Origin: an uncultured Chloroflexia bacterium
Lineage (GTDB): Bacteria; Chloroflexota; Limnocylindria; Limnocylindrales; CSP1-4
Length of the DNA: 64,000 nucleotides
Reading direction: 5' to 3'
Assembly: GCA_963748625.1 (NCBI GenBank)
Contig: CAVVJT010000004.1
Location: 544,001 to 608,000, forward strand
In this document: in pieces, positions 10,135-20,610 of the stretch
Layout of the letters: each line of letters opens with the position of its first letter
How positions within the stretch are numbered: position 1 is the stretch's first letter
Position numbers and translations under genes: made by a program
Notes under the pieces: model-generated
The model's database searches: none
What the model saw: the letters and a program-made list of their open reading frames with translations, nothing else
Told to the model about the DNA's origin: nothing

Positions 10135-10566
10135 ATGCCTGACACCCTCGCCCTCACCGACGCCCAGCGCGCCTTCCTCGCGGCCCCCAAGCGCTTCGCC
10201 GCGCTCGCCACCACCGACGAGGACGGCACTCCCCGCCAGACCGTTGTCTGGTACCGCCTTCTCGACGACGGGCGCATCCTTGTGAACGGGCGCCTGCCGC
10301 GCCGCTGGTGCGCCAATCTGGATCGGACCGGGCGTGCAGCCATCGCGATTCAGGACGGCACCGACGGCTACCGGTGGCTGGGCCTCGCGTGCGCGCTGGA
10401 CGAGCGCCCGGAGGACCTGGACGCGGCCCGCGACGACATCGTCGGCCTGGCGAACCTCTACCACGACGGCCACCCCGATCCGGGACTTGTCGCCGCGTTC
10501 CGCTCGCAGCCCCGGATCACGTACATCCTCACAGTCAGCGCCATCCACGACCACCTCGCGGACTAG
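10135..10566 (+). CDS. PPOX-class (split beta-barrel) probable F420-dependent oxidoreductase
   Basis: AALATTDEDGTPRQTVVWY...NL pattern; directly upstream of cofD. Confidence 0.8.
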   Translation: MPDTLALTDAQRAFLAAPKRFAALATTDEDGTPRQTVVWYRLLDDGRILVNGRLPRRWCANLDRTGRAAIAIQDGTDGYRWLGLACALDERPEDLDAARDDIVGLANLYHDGHPDPGLVAAFRSQPRITYILTVSAIHDHLAD

Positions 10567-10570
10567 GCGC

Positions 10571-11524
10571 GTGACCGGGAGCGGGCCGCGGGTCGTGGCG
10601 CTCGCGGGCGGCGTGGGCGGGGCCAAGCTGGCCGAGGGCCTCCAGGCGCACCTCGGCGCCCGCCTGGCCGTCGTCGTCAACACCGGGGATGACTGCGTCC
10701 GCCATGGCCTCCTCGTCATGCCCGACCACGACACCGTCCTGTACAACCTCGCGGGCATCGAGCAGACCGGCCTGGGCTGGGGCATCGAGGGTGACACCTT
10801 CGCCGTGATGGACCAGTTGGGCGCATACGGCGAGGAGACGTGGTTCCGGCTGGGCGACCGCGACCTCGCGCTGCACGCGGTGCGGACCGCACGCCTGCGG
10901 GCGGGCCTGCGCCTGACCGAGGTCTGCGTGCAGGTCCAGGAGGCGCTGGGCGTCGCCGCCCGGATCCTGCCCATGGCCGACTCCGTCGTGGCAACCGAGG
11001 TCCGCACGGACGACGGCTGGCTCGAGTTCCAGGACTACTTCGTCCGCCAGCGCCAGGCGCCCGAGGTGCGCGAGCTGCGGTTCGCGGGCGCGGACGCCGC
11101 CGAACCCACGCCGGAGGTCCTCGAGGCCCTCGACCTGGCCGACGCGGTGGTCATCGCCCCGTCCAACCCGCTCGTCTCGATCGCGCCGATCCTCGCGGTG
11201 CCCGGGATGCGGGATGCCATTCTCGCCGCCCGGGAGCGGGGCGCGCCCGTCATCGCTGTGAGCCCGATCATCGGCGGGCGCGCCCTCAAGGGCCCCGCAG
11301 ACCGGATGCTCGCAAGCCTTGGCTATGACGCGACCGCCGTGGGCGTGGCGCGCCTGTACGCGGGGCTGTGCGACATCCTCGTGCTCGACCGGGAGGACGT
11401 TGCGCTCGTGACCGACGTGGAGGCGCTCGGGATGCGGGCGCTCGTCACCGACACGATCATGACCGACGATGCCGCCCGCGCCCGACTCGCCGCGGAGGTG
11501 CTGGCCGGCGCCGGCCTCGCCTGA
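10571..11524 (+). CDS. cofD: 2-phospho-L-lactate transferase (F420 biosynthesis)
   Basis: LAGGVGGAKL, VNTGDD, WFRLGDRD, FQDYFV, APSNPLVSI, LKGPADRM. Confidence 0.93.
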   Translation: MTGSGPRVVALAGGVGGAKLAEGLQAHLGARLAVVVNTGDDCVRHGLLVMPDHDTVLYNLAGIEQTGLGWGIEGDTFAVMDQLGAYGEETWFRLGDRDLALHAVRTARLRAGLRLTEVCVQVQEALGVAARILPMADSVVATEVRTDDGWLEFQDYFVRQRQAPEVRELRFAGADAAEPTPEVLEALDLADAVVIAPSNPLVSIAPILAVPGMRDAILAARERGAPVIAVSPIIGGRALKGPADRMLASLGYDATAVGVARLYAGLCDILVLDREDVALVTDVEALGMRALVTDTIMTDDAARARLAAEVLAGAGLA

Positions 11525-11535
11525 CCAAGCAGGCC

Positions 11536-12528
11536 TCAGGCCGCCTTCGATCCCGGTGCCGCCTTCGTCGTGCCGGCGGCCGTCGCCGCACGCTCCCGCC
11601 ACCAGGCCACGGTCGTCGCCAACGCCTCGTCGAACGGGGTCCGCTCGAACGGACCGAATGCCGCCTCGAACGCCGACCAGTCAGACACGAACGGCAGCGT
11701 CCACTGGTACAGGACGACATTCACCTCGCGGACCATCGGCACGAACAGCCCGACCAACTTCATCATCGCCGGCCCGTCCACGCGCGCCCGCGGCGGCACG
11801 CCGGCCACCACGCACGCCCGCTCGATGAAGGCTCGGACCGTCATCGGGTCCATCACCGGGAGGTGCCACGCCCGCCCGGCGGCCGCGTCACGGTCGCCCA
11901 GGGCCACCATCGCCCGCGCGAGATCCGGCAGGTACGAGAGCGAGTGCGGCTGGTCGATGGAGCCAGCCCCGGCTGCCGTCTTCCCGGCCACGATCGACCC
12001 GAACACCCGCTCCCCTGCCCCGGTGTTCTCGCCCCACGGACCGAAGTAGTCCGACGACCGCCCGATGACCACCTCGAGCTCCCCGCGCTCATGCCGGGCG
12101 AGGAGGTCGGCGGCAAGCCGGATGCGGAGCGCGCCCTTGCGGTCGGTCGCGCGCTGCGGGGTGTCCTCGCGCATCGGCGAGGCGCCCGGACCGTACATGT
12201 AGAGATTGTCCGCGAAGACGAGCCGGGCGCCGGCGCCCGCCACGGCATCCCCGACCGACGCGTTGAGCCGCTCGAAGTTGCCGGCCCAGGCCCCGTACGC
12301 GGGCTGTGCGGCATGGAAGACAACCGCAGCACCGGCAACGGCCCGCACAGCCTCGGCGGGGTCGTACAGGTCGGCGCGAACGTGCTCCACCCCTGCCGGC
12401 AGCGTGGGAACCGAACCGCGGCTCACTGCCCGCACCCTGCGACCCTGCTGCACCAGCTCGTCCACGATCGACCGGCCCGTCCCGCCCGACGCCCCGAGCA
12501 CCACCTGTAGTCCGTCCTTGCGCTCCAT
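11536..12528 (-). CDS. NAD-dependent epimerase/dehydratase (atypical SDR)
   Basis: VLGASGGTG, FADNLYMYG, RSSDYFGP. Confidence 0.85.
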   Translation of the reverse strand: MERKDGLQVVLGASGGTGRSIVDELVQQGRRVRAVSRGSVPTLPAGVEHVRADLYDPAEAVRAVAGAAVVFHAAQPAYGAWAGNFERLNASVGDAVAGAGARLVFADNLYMYGPGASPMREDTPQRATDRKGALRIRLAADLLARHERGELEVVIGRSSDYFGPWGENTGAGERVFGSIVAGKTAAGAGSIDQPHSLSYLPDLARAMVALGDRDAAAGRAWHLPVMDPMTVRAFIERACVVAGVPPRARVDGPAMMKLVGLFVPMVREVNVVLYQWTLPFVSDWSAFEAAFGPFERTPFDEALATTVAWWRERAATAAGTTKAAPGSKAA

Positions 12529-12571
12529 CGATCCCGTCCTCCGGCCGTTCCGGCCCGCTCCGCTCTTGCTG

Positions 12572-12585
12572 AATGAATGTTCATT
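12572..12585. promoter_or_regulatory. Probable TetR operator
   Basis: Palindrome AATGAA-TG-TTCATT in the AT-rich divergent gap; a partial second site AATGAACG near 12626. Confidence 0.6.
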
Positions 12586-12655
12586 TACTACACTGCCGCG
12601 GGACAGGGCGGCTGTCAAGACCTAAAATGAACGGACTTTCAGCAAAGGAGATGCG

Positions 12656-13285
12656 ATGCCCAGGCGACCCGCGGCCCACGCCGAGGCCATGCGCGAGCGC
12701 ATCCTCGAGGGTGGCCGGCGTGCCTTCATCGCGGGCGGCTTCCGCGGCACGAGCGTCCCGTCGATCGCCGCCGAAGCGGGCGTGTCGGTCGGCCTGATCT
12801 ACCGCTACTTCCCGAGCAAGGAGGAGCTGTTCCTCGAGCTCTGCATCTCGGGGACGCCATCCGAGCTCGACGAGCTCGCTGAGGCGATCGCCCCGATCCC
12901 GGATCCGGCCGAGCGGCTCACGGTGGCCATCGACTCCTACTTCGACGCCATGGGGGCCGCCATCGGCGCTCCTCTCGTGCTCCAGGCCCTCGCCGCCGCC
13001 CCGTCCGACGAGCGCATCCGGGCCTCACTCCGTCGTCGCGGCGACGACCTGCGCGGCTTCGGCGTCCGGTTCGTCCGCGACGCGATCGGTCGCGGCGAGC
13101 TGGATCCCACCACCGACGTGGACGAGCTCGCCGCCGCGACGACCATGCTGCTCGACGGCGCCCTCGTGGCCTTCGCGGAGCAGGGCGAGGCGCTGGACCG
13201 CACGGCCCTCCGGGACCGGATCGTGCGCACGGTGGTGGCGGCGTCCGGCCTGCGGCCGGCCGGTCTGCACCGCTCTGACGCCTGA
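12656..13285 (+). CDS. TetR/AcrR family regulator
   Basis: RERILE...IAAEAGVSVGLIYRYFPSKEELF HTH. Confidence 0.9.
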   Translation: MPRRPAAHAEAMRERILEGGRRAFIAGGFRGTSVPSIAAEAGVSVGLIYRYFPSKEELFLELCISGTPSELDELAEAIAPIPDPAERLTVAIDSYFDAMGAAIGAPLVLQALAAAPSDERIRASLRRRGDDLRGFGVRFVRDAIGRGELDPTTDVDELAAATTMLLDGALVAFAEQGEALDRTALRDRIVRTVVAASGLRPAGLHRSDA

Positions 13286-13302
13286 CGCGCTACGCTCGCG
13301 CC

Positions 13303-14199
13303 ATGAAGGTCGGCCTGCAGATCAGCTCGTTCACCTGGCCCGGCGGCGACGCCGCCATCGGCCCCACCCTGGCCCGCATCGTGCGCGATGCGGACGAGGC
13401 CGGGTTCGACTCCATCTGGGTGATGGACCACTTCTTCCAGATCCGGGGCGTCGGACGGCCCGAGGAGCCGATGCTCGAGGGCTGGACGGCACTCGGCTAC
13501 ATGGCGGCGCTCACGCAGCGGGCGCGCCTGGGCCTCATGGTCGGCGGCGTGCACTACCGCCAGGCGGGGCTGTGGGCGAAGGCCGCGACGACACTGGACG
13601 TGCTCTCGGGCGGGCGTGCGTGGCTGGGCATCGGTGCCGCGTGGAACGAGGACGAGAGCCGGGGCCTCGGTTTCCCCTTCCCGCCCCTGCGCGAGCGCTT
13701 CGAGATGCTCGAGGAGACCCTGCAGATCACGCTGGGGATGTGGGAGGGCGAGCGCGGTTCGGGCGCGGCGTTCGACGGACGCCACTACCAGGCGATGCGC
13801 CTCCTCAACTCCCCGCAGGCGCTCAGCCGGCCACACCCCCCGATCATGATCGGCGGCGGTGGCGAGCAGAAGACGCTACGCCTGGTGGCCCAGTACGGCG
13901 ACGCGTGCAACGTCTTCGGCGGAGCGGACATCCTGCGCCACAAGTACGAGGTACTGCGCGGCCACTGCGACGCGCTCGGCCGCGACTACGACAGCATCGA
14001 GCGGTCCACGCTCCAGAGCGTCCGTCTCGCCCACGGCGAACGGGATGGCGACACGCCCGGCAAGGTCGTCGGCGTGCTCGGCCACCTCGCGCGAGCGGGC
14101 GCCCAGCACGTGATCCTGGGCGTCCGCGACATCCACGAGCCCGGGGTGATGGAGATCATGGCCAGGGACGTGGTGCCGGCCCTCCACGCGTTCGGGTGA
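13303..14199 (+). CDS. LLM-class F420-dependent oxidoreductase
   Basis: GFDSIWVMDHFFQI, TLDVLSGGRAWLGIGAAW, IMIGGGGEQKTL. Confidence 0.9.
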   Translation: MKVGLQISSFTWPGGDAAIGPTLARIVRDADEAGFDSIWVMDHFFQIRGVGRPEEPMLEGWTALGYMAALTQRARLGLMVGGVHYRQAGLWAKAATTLDVLSGGRAWLGIGAAWNEDESRGLGFPFPPLRERFEMLEETLQITLGMWEGERGSGAAFDGRHYQAMRLLNSPQALSRPHPPIMIGGGGEQKTLRLVAQYGDACNVFGGADILRHKYEVLRGHCDALGRDYDSIERSTLQSVRLAHGERDGDTPGKVVGVLGHLARAGAQHVILGVRDIHEPGVMEIMARDVVPALHAFG

Positions 14200-14861
14200 G
14201 GACGACGGCCATCCGTCCCGCCAGCGTCGTCATTCCGGTGCGCACGCTCGACGGCGGCAAGTCCCGGCTGGGCGCCGTCCTGGACGCCGAGGAGCGTTAC
14301 GAGCTGGTCGCGATGCTCCTGCGCGAGATCACGGCCACCGCGCTGGCAACGCCCGGCCTGGCCGAGGTGCTGGTCGTCTCGCCTGATCCGGACGTGCTCG
14401 CGATCGCCATCGACGCCGGTGCGCGCGCCATCCCCCAGACATCGCGCGGCCTCAACCCGGCGCTGGTGGAGGCACGTGCCGAGGTCACCAGCAGCCGCAT
14501 GCTCATCGTGCCCGGCGACCTGTCCGCCGTCACCCCCGACGACCTCGCGTCGATGCTCGCCGCCGGTGACGCCGCGGGCAGCCCGTCCGTCGTCCTCGCC
14601 CCCGACCGCCACGGCCGCGGCACCAACGCCCTCCTGCTGGACCCGCCCGACGTCATCGACCCGGCGTTCGGTGGCGGCTCCCGCGAGGGCCACGCCTGGC
14701 TCGCCCGGTGCGCGGGAATCCCGTACGTGGAGATCACCGGCCGCCCGGGTCTCGAGCACGACCTCGACATGCCCGAGGACCTGCTCCTGGCCGAAGCCCT
14801 CCGGGGCGAGAGATCGACGAGCGAGACACCGCGAGCCGAGGAGACCACGAGTGTCGATTGA
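14196..14861 (+). CDS. cofC: 2-phospho-L-lactate/PEP guanylyltransferase (F420 biosynthesis)
   Basis: IPVRTLDGGKSRL, GLNPAL, PGDL, APDRHGRGTNAL, DLDMPEDL; GTGA overlap with the LLM gene. Confidence 0.88.
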   Translation: MRTTAIRPASVVIPVRTLDGGKSRLGAVLDAEERYELVAMLLREITATALATPGLAEVLVVSPDPDVLAIAIDAGARAIPQTSRGLNPALVEARAEVTSSRMLIVPGDLSAVTPDDLASMLAAGDAAGSPSVVLAPDRHGRGTNALLLDPPDVIDPAFGGGSREGHAWLARCAGIPYVEITGRPGLEHDLDMPEDLLLAEALRGERSTSETPRAEETTSVD

Positions 14862-15630
14862 ACCCGGCCGCGTCGAGATCACCGCGCTTGCAGGCCTGCC
14901 CGAGATCCGCGAGCTCGACGACCTCGCGACCCTCGTCGGCGACGCGCTCGAGGCCACGCCGGGGCTGCTTCCACTCCAGCCTGGCGACGTCCTCGTCGTC
15001 ACCCAGAAGATCGTGTCCAAGGCCGAGGGCGCCGTCGTGGACCTGCGCACCGTGGAGCCGCGCCCTGAGGCTGTCGAATGGGCGCAGCGCTGGAGCCGCG
15101 ACCCGCGCCAGATCGAGGTGGTCCTCCGCGAGGCGCGCCGCGTCGTGCGCCAGGCCAACGGCGTGCTCATCACCGAGACGCCCCACGGCTTCGTGTGCGC
15201 GAATGGCGGCGTGGACGCGTCCAACGTGGGCCCGGAGAGCGGCGATCTCGTCACCCTGCTGCCCGTGGACCCGGACGCCTCCGCGCGCGCCATCCGCGAC
15301 GCGCTCGCGGCGAGGTTCGACGCCCCGGACCTCGCCGTCATCGTCTCGGACAGCTTCGGCCGGCCCTGGCGCTGGGGCATCACCGACGTCGCTCTCGGCG
15401 TGGCCGGCCTCCACCCGCTCGAGGACCTCCGGGGCTCCGCCGACGCCGACGGGCGCGTGATGCAGTCCACGGTCCGCGCCGTCGCCGACGAGATCGCCTC
15501 GGCCGCGGAGCTCGCGCTGGGCAAGACCGCGGGTCGTCCGGTGGCGCTGGTGCGCGGCGCGAACCCGCCCCTCGGTGACGGCTCGATCAAGGAGCTGCTG
15601 ATCCCGTCGGAGAACGACCTCTTCCGCTGA
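14851..15630 (+). CDS. cofE: Coenzyme F420-0:L-glutamate ligase
   Basis: GLPEI, VVTQKIVSKAEG, CANGGVDASN, SDSFGRPWR, ends DLFR. Confidence 0.93.
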   Translation: MSIEPGRVEITALAGLPEIRELDDLATLVGDALEATPGLLPLQPGDVLVVTQKIVSKAEGAVVDLRTVEPRPEAVEWAQRWSRDPRQIEVVLREARRVVRQANGVLITETPHGFVCANGGVDASNVGPESGDLVTLLPVDPDASARAIRDALAARFDAPDLAVIVSDSFGRPWRWGITDVALGVAGLHPLEDLRGSADADGRVMQSTVRAVADEIASAAELALGKTAGRPVALVRGANPPLGDGSIKELLIPSENDLFR

Positions 15631-15634
15631 GGCG

Positions 15635-18600
15635 TCAGGCCTCGTCCGGAGCCTCCGCGCCGATGAGCGGGCCCTCGGCGACCACCCGGTCCAGGAGCAC
15701 GAGGTACGGGCGGCAGCCCAGGCTGCGGAGCACCTCACGACCGTGGTCGATCCAGCCCTCACGCTCCGGGTCGCCGGCGCCGAGCACCCGGGCGATCTCG
15801 ATGGCGAACAGCGCCTCGTCCCAGCGGAGACCCAGCTCCCGGTAGGCCGCTGCCGCCGCGCGGTACCCGGCCATGGCCGCAGCGAGGTCGCCGTCGAGCG
15901 CGGCCACGCCCGCGCGGATCATCGTCCGGTCGGCGTCGGTCACCCGCCCGCGCACCGCGAGCTGCTCCATCCGCTCCAGCGCGTTGGCCGCGATCCCGCG
16001 ATCGCCGGCGCACGTGGCGGCGCGGCCCGCCTTCGGGTACAGGTACGGGGCGTTGTACTCGCTCGCGAGCGCGGCCTGCACGGTGACGTCCGCGGCCTCC
16101 TGCCACCGCGCCTCCAGGAGGGCGGCGATCGCGCGCATGTCGATCACGCTGGCCGCCAGCTCGGGGTCGCTCAGCTCCGCCATGGCTGCTTCGAGCGCCT
16201 CGAGCCCGCCGGGCGCGAGGTCGCCCTGCGCCTGGCGGAAGTAGTTGCGCGCCACCTCCACCTGCAGGTGGGTGCCGTGGTCGAGGTCCAGGCCGAACAG
16301 GCCGTCCAGCTCGCCGATCGCCCAGTCCCAGTCCCCTGACCGGCGGGCGTCCTCCGAGGAGTTGGTGATCGTGAGCACCTCGAGGGGCCGGTTTCCCAGG
16401 CGCCGTGCCAGCGCGATCGAGTCCTTCTCGAGGACGAGGGTCTGGGCCGGGTTGTCAAGCGCGGTCATCGTGGCGAGGAACTGCATCGCCCGGAGGACCC
16501 CGTTGGGCAGGCCCGCCTCGCGGAACAGGTCCAACGCGCCCTGGACCAGGGCCCGGCCCTCCCAGGTCCGCCCCTCCCGGAAGGCGACCATCCCCTTGGT
16601 GTGGAGCGCCTCGGCAGCGAGCTCCGCGAGGCTGAGCCGTTCGGCGGCCGCGAGCTGCCGCGACGCGATGGCGCGTGCGTCGTCCAGGTCCCCGACGAGG
16701 GCGAGGTTCGCAGACAGGTGGCGCATGAGGAACACGAGATCCGGGTCGCCGTCGCCGAGGTCCTCGAACTCCGCGAACGCGGCCCGCAGCGAGGCGAGGG
16801 ACTCGTCGCGCCGCCGTGCCAGGCTCAACGTCGCGCCCACCCAGCCGCTGAGCCTCGCAACCCCGGACCGGTCGCCGAGCTCCCGCCGGATGGTGATGGC
16901 CGCCTCGAGGTGCGCCAGCGCCACCGGATGGCGTGCCGCCAGCGTCGCCGCAATCCCGGCTCGCTCCTGGAGCTCGGCCCGCTCCGGCTCGCTGCCCGCG
17001 ACCTCGATCGCCTGCTCCAGGAACTGGACCGCCTGCTCCATCGACCCCAGCGCCGACGCACGATCCGCCGCTGCCTTGAGGGCGATGCGGGCCTGGGCCG
17101 CCAGTGCCTCGCCCTCCGGGCCGTCGGCCGAGGCCTTGTACGCCGCGAGGTAGTGCGCTGCGAGCGCGCCGACGGTGTCCTCGTCGGGCAGCGCCTCGAA
17201 GTGGCGCGCCGCAGCGAGGTGCCGGGAGCGGCGGTCGCGCAGGGAGAGCGTGGAGTACGCGACCTCGCGGATCAGCGCCTGGACGAAGGCGTACTGGCCC
17301 CGCTCAGGTGACCGGGGATCCATCTCCACCCGCAGCAGGTCCGCGCGGGCGAGCTTGTCCAGCCGCGGCAGGAGCGCCTCGACGGGAATCCCGCAGACAT
17401 CCGCCAGGGCGTCGGCGCGGAATGACTGGCCCAGCACGGCGCCATCCTGCAGGAGCGCGCGATCCGCGGCGTCCAGGCCGTCGAGGCGCGCCGCGATCAG
17501 GGCGTGGAGCGTGTTCGGGACCGCCAGCTCCCCCAGCTCGCCGGCGGGCTCGTAGGTGCCGGCGGCATCCTCGACCAGGCGCCCGTCCGCAATGAGCATG
17601 CGGATGGTCTCGACCGCGTAGAGCGGGATGCCCTCGGCACGGCCCACGATCGCTCGGACCGTGGCCTCCGGCAGCCCGGGAACGAGCCCGGCGAGGAGCT
17701 CGCGCATCGAACCCTCGTCGAGCGGCTGCAAGTCGAGCGCGAGGAAGGCGCGCTTGCCGGCGCCCCAGCCGGGCCGGCGGTCCAGCAGGTCGGGCCGGGC
17801 CAGGGTCACGATCAGGATCGGGACGTTGCGGCTCCACTCCACCATGTGCTCGATGAAGTCCAGCGTGCCGGCGTCGGCCCACTGGAGGTCCTCGAAGAGC
17901 AGCGCGACCACGCCGTCGGCCGAGAGGCGCTCGAAGAACGTCCGCCATGCCCAGAACAGCTCGGGCGCCCCGCCGGCAGGCGGATCGCCCACGCCCAGCA
18001 AGGCGAGCAGCGCAGGCTCGATCCGGTCGCGCTCCCCCTAGTCCGGTACGAAGCGGTCCAGCATCTCGCCGACGCGCTGGCGCTGGGTCGCCGGGTCGTC
18101 GCCTTCGAGCAGCTTCGCCCGGGAGCGGATCATCTCGCCCAAGGCCCAGAAGGTGATCCCCTCGCCGTACGATGGCGAGCGGCCCTCGTGCCACCAGACG
18201 CCTTCGACCACGCCGTCGACGTACTTGAGGAACTCCCAGGCGAGTCGGCTCTTGCCGATCCCTGCCTGGCCGGTGATCGACACGAGGCGGACCCGGCGCT
18301 CTCGAGCGCTCGCGTGGAACAGGTCCTTGAGCAGGCGGACCTCGGCGTCGCGCCCGACGAAGGGCGCCTCGAGGCGATCGTCCCGCCCGCGGCCACCGCG
18401 CTCCGCCACGACGCGCAGCGCGCGCCAGGCGGCGACCGGCAGGGCCTTGCCCTTGAGGTCGTGTGTGCCCGCGTGCTCATAGGCGATGGACGTGGCGGTC
18501 GCGTGCTGGGTGTCATCGCCCACCAGAACGGTGCCGGGAACCGCCGCGGCCTGCAGCCGTGCGGCCGTGTTGACCAGGTCGCCGGCCACCATGCCCTGGT

Positions 18601-19165
18601 CCCGGGCGCCCAACGTGACCGCGGCCTCGCCCGTCAGCACGCCACAGCGGGCCTGGATGCCGGGCCCGAGGTCGCGCACCCCTTCCACGAGGTCGAGGGC
18701 GGCCCGGACGGCGCGCTCGGCGTCGTCCTCGTGGGCGGTCGGCGCGCCCCACAGGGCCATCACCGCGTCGCCGATGAACTTCTCCACTATGCCGCCATAC
18801 CGGCGGACCACTTCAGAGGCCAGGTCGAAGTAGCGGGAGAGGAGCTCGCGCACCGCCTCGGGATCGCGGCCCTCGGCAAGCGTGGTGAAGCCGACGAGGT
18901 CCGCGAACAGCACGGTGACCAGCCGCCGCTCGGCCACCGGGGCGGGAAGACTCCCCGCCGTTCGGGGGGTCGTGGACGCCTGGGTCGCCACCGTCGCAGG
19001 CACGCCGGCCCCCGTCGCGAGCACACTGCCGCACTCCCCACAGAACCGCACGGAGGGCGGGTTCGCCGTTCCACACGACGGACAGGTGGCCGCCAGCCGC
19101 CCACCGCATTCCCCGCAGAACTTGCGGCCGGTCTCGTTCGACGTGCCGCAGGCCGGACAGATCAA
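15635..19165 (-). pseudogene. Double zinc ribbon + class III adenylate/guanylate cyclase + AAA ATPase + TPR protein, interrupted by an in-frame TAG at 18038-18040
   Basis: CPACG..FCGECG twice; VLFADLVGF, KFIGDAVMA, GDLVNTAARLQ; Walker A GQAGIGKS, Walker B FEDLQWAD; both ORFs share one frame across a single TAG. Confidence 0.85.
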
Positions 19166-19220
19166 GACGCCGTTCCCTCTCGTGGTGAACCTGCAGCGTC
19201 GCGCCTGCGACGCGACGGGG

Positions 19221-20480
19221 TCAGCCTGTTCCGGGTGACGCGTGCCCGGTCAGGCGCGCCCGGCGCACGTCGGGCAGCAGGCCGAACCCGGCGGCAACCA
19301 CGAGCATCGCCACGCCCATGATCACCAGGGTCGTGTCACCGCCGACGGCGTCGAGCGCGATCCCGGCCACGAGCGAGCCGACCGGCATCAGCCCCACCGA
19401 CATCGTCCTCGCGGTCGCGCCCACGCGACCCAGCAGGGCATCGGGCGAGAGCAGCGTACGCAGCGAGATGTAGGCCACCATGGTGTTGGCGCTGAGGATC
19501 CCGGTGAGGAAGGCGACCCCCGCCATCACCGGCACGGGTGGCCCGAGTGCCACGATAAGGAGCGAAAGGCCCTCGCCCACCGCGCCGAGCAGCATCACCC
19601 GCCCTACTGACCGCACCGCGAGCCGCGCCGCGATCAGCGCGCCCACGAGCGAGCCCACCGCGAACGCCGACAGGATGATCCCGACGGCCGCGGTGCCGAG
19701 GTCCTGGTCCACGGTCGTGTAGAAGATGAGGGCGGCGGTGAGGCCCGCGAGGATCACCTGCATCGACGTCCAGAGCAGGATCACCGCGCGCAGGGTCCGC
19801 TGTCCGGCGACGAACCGGATTCCTTCGCGGACGTCCTCCAGGATGTGTGTCGGCTCGGCGCGCCGCTCCGCGCGCAGGGGCCTCCGGATGAGGAGGATGG
19901 CGCCCGCCGAGATCAGGAACGTGAGGGCGTCAATGGCGATGGTCGGGCCCGGGCCGATGGTCTGCGCGAGGATGCCGGCCAGTGCCGGCCCCACGATCCA
20001 GCCGATGTTGAAGACGGCCTCGAAGACGCCGCTCGCGCGCGGCACGTGCGGCCGACCGACGAGCCCGGGCACGGCCGCCGTGTACGCCGCGAGCCAGAGC
20101 ACGCGCAGCACGTTGATCGGGAAGGCGACGATCAGGATCACCAGCATCGTGGGTCCGGCGAGCGCAACCGAGATGGGCACGAGGGCGGTGAGGAACGCGC
20201 GGCCCAGGTCGCCGAAGAACATCATCTTGCGGCGGTCCCAGCGGTCCGCGTACGCGCCCGCCGGCAGGCCGACGATCAGGTCCGGCAGCGTGGACAGCAC
20301 CCCCACGATGCCCATGGCGAAGCCTGATCCCGTGAGTGCGAGCACCAGAATCGGGAGCGCAGTATTCGAGATCGCGTCGCCGAACGAGCTGATCCCCTGT
20401 CCGAAGAGCACCACGAGGAAGTCGCGGTTGCGGCGCAGGGGAAGCTCGTCCGCCGGCACGAGTGGTTGCGGGACGGGCAT
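19221..20480 (-). CDS. MFS transporter (H+ antiporter/EntS-like)
   Basis: About 12 TM helices, AGAYADRWDRRKMM motif A, PDALLGRV. Confidence 0.88.
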   Translation of the reverse strand: MPVPQPLVPADELPLRRNRDFLVVLFGQGISSFGDAISNTALPILVLALTGSGFAMGIVGVLSTLPDLIVGLPAGAYADRWDRRKMMFFGDLGRAFLTALVPISVALAGPTMLVILIVAFPINVLRVLWLAAYTAAVPGLVGRPHVPRASGVFEAVFNIGWIVGPALAGILAQTIGPGPTIAIDALTFLISAGAILLIRRPLRAERRAEPTHILEDVREGIRFVAGQRTLRAVILLWTSMQVILAGLTAALIFYTTVDQDLGTAAVGIILSAFAVGSLVGALIAARLAVRSVGRVMLLGAVGEGLSLLIVALGPPVPVMAGVAFLTGILSANTMVAYISLRTLLSPDALLGRVGATARTMSVGLMPVGSLVAGIALDAVGGDTTLVIMGVAMLVVAAGFGLLPDVRRARLTGHASPGTG

Positions 20481-20532
20481 GACGGCGAGGGTAGCGCGAG
20501 CGGAGTCCGCGGCGCGTCGACGGATGGCGTAG

Positions 20533-20549
20533 ATACCCCCCGGGGGTAT
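20533..20549. promoter_or_regulatory. CsoR/RcnR-family-like operator
   Basis: Perfect palindrome ATACCCCC-C-GGGGGTAT upstream of a TACAGT -10 (20563-20568) before trxB. Confidence 0.6.
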
Positions 20550-20610
20550 GCGGGCAGCGTGCTACAGTTCGGGCAGGACACCCGCCAGCCCAAGGAACGA
20601 CAATCCACCG

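Noticed and set aside
18038-18040. Pyrrolysine or genome-wide TAG recoding
   Set aside because: TAG ends many normal genes here (for example 10566, 25367, 56458, 62617) and no pyl genes are in the window
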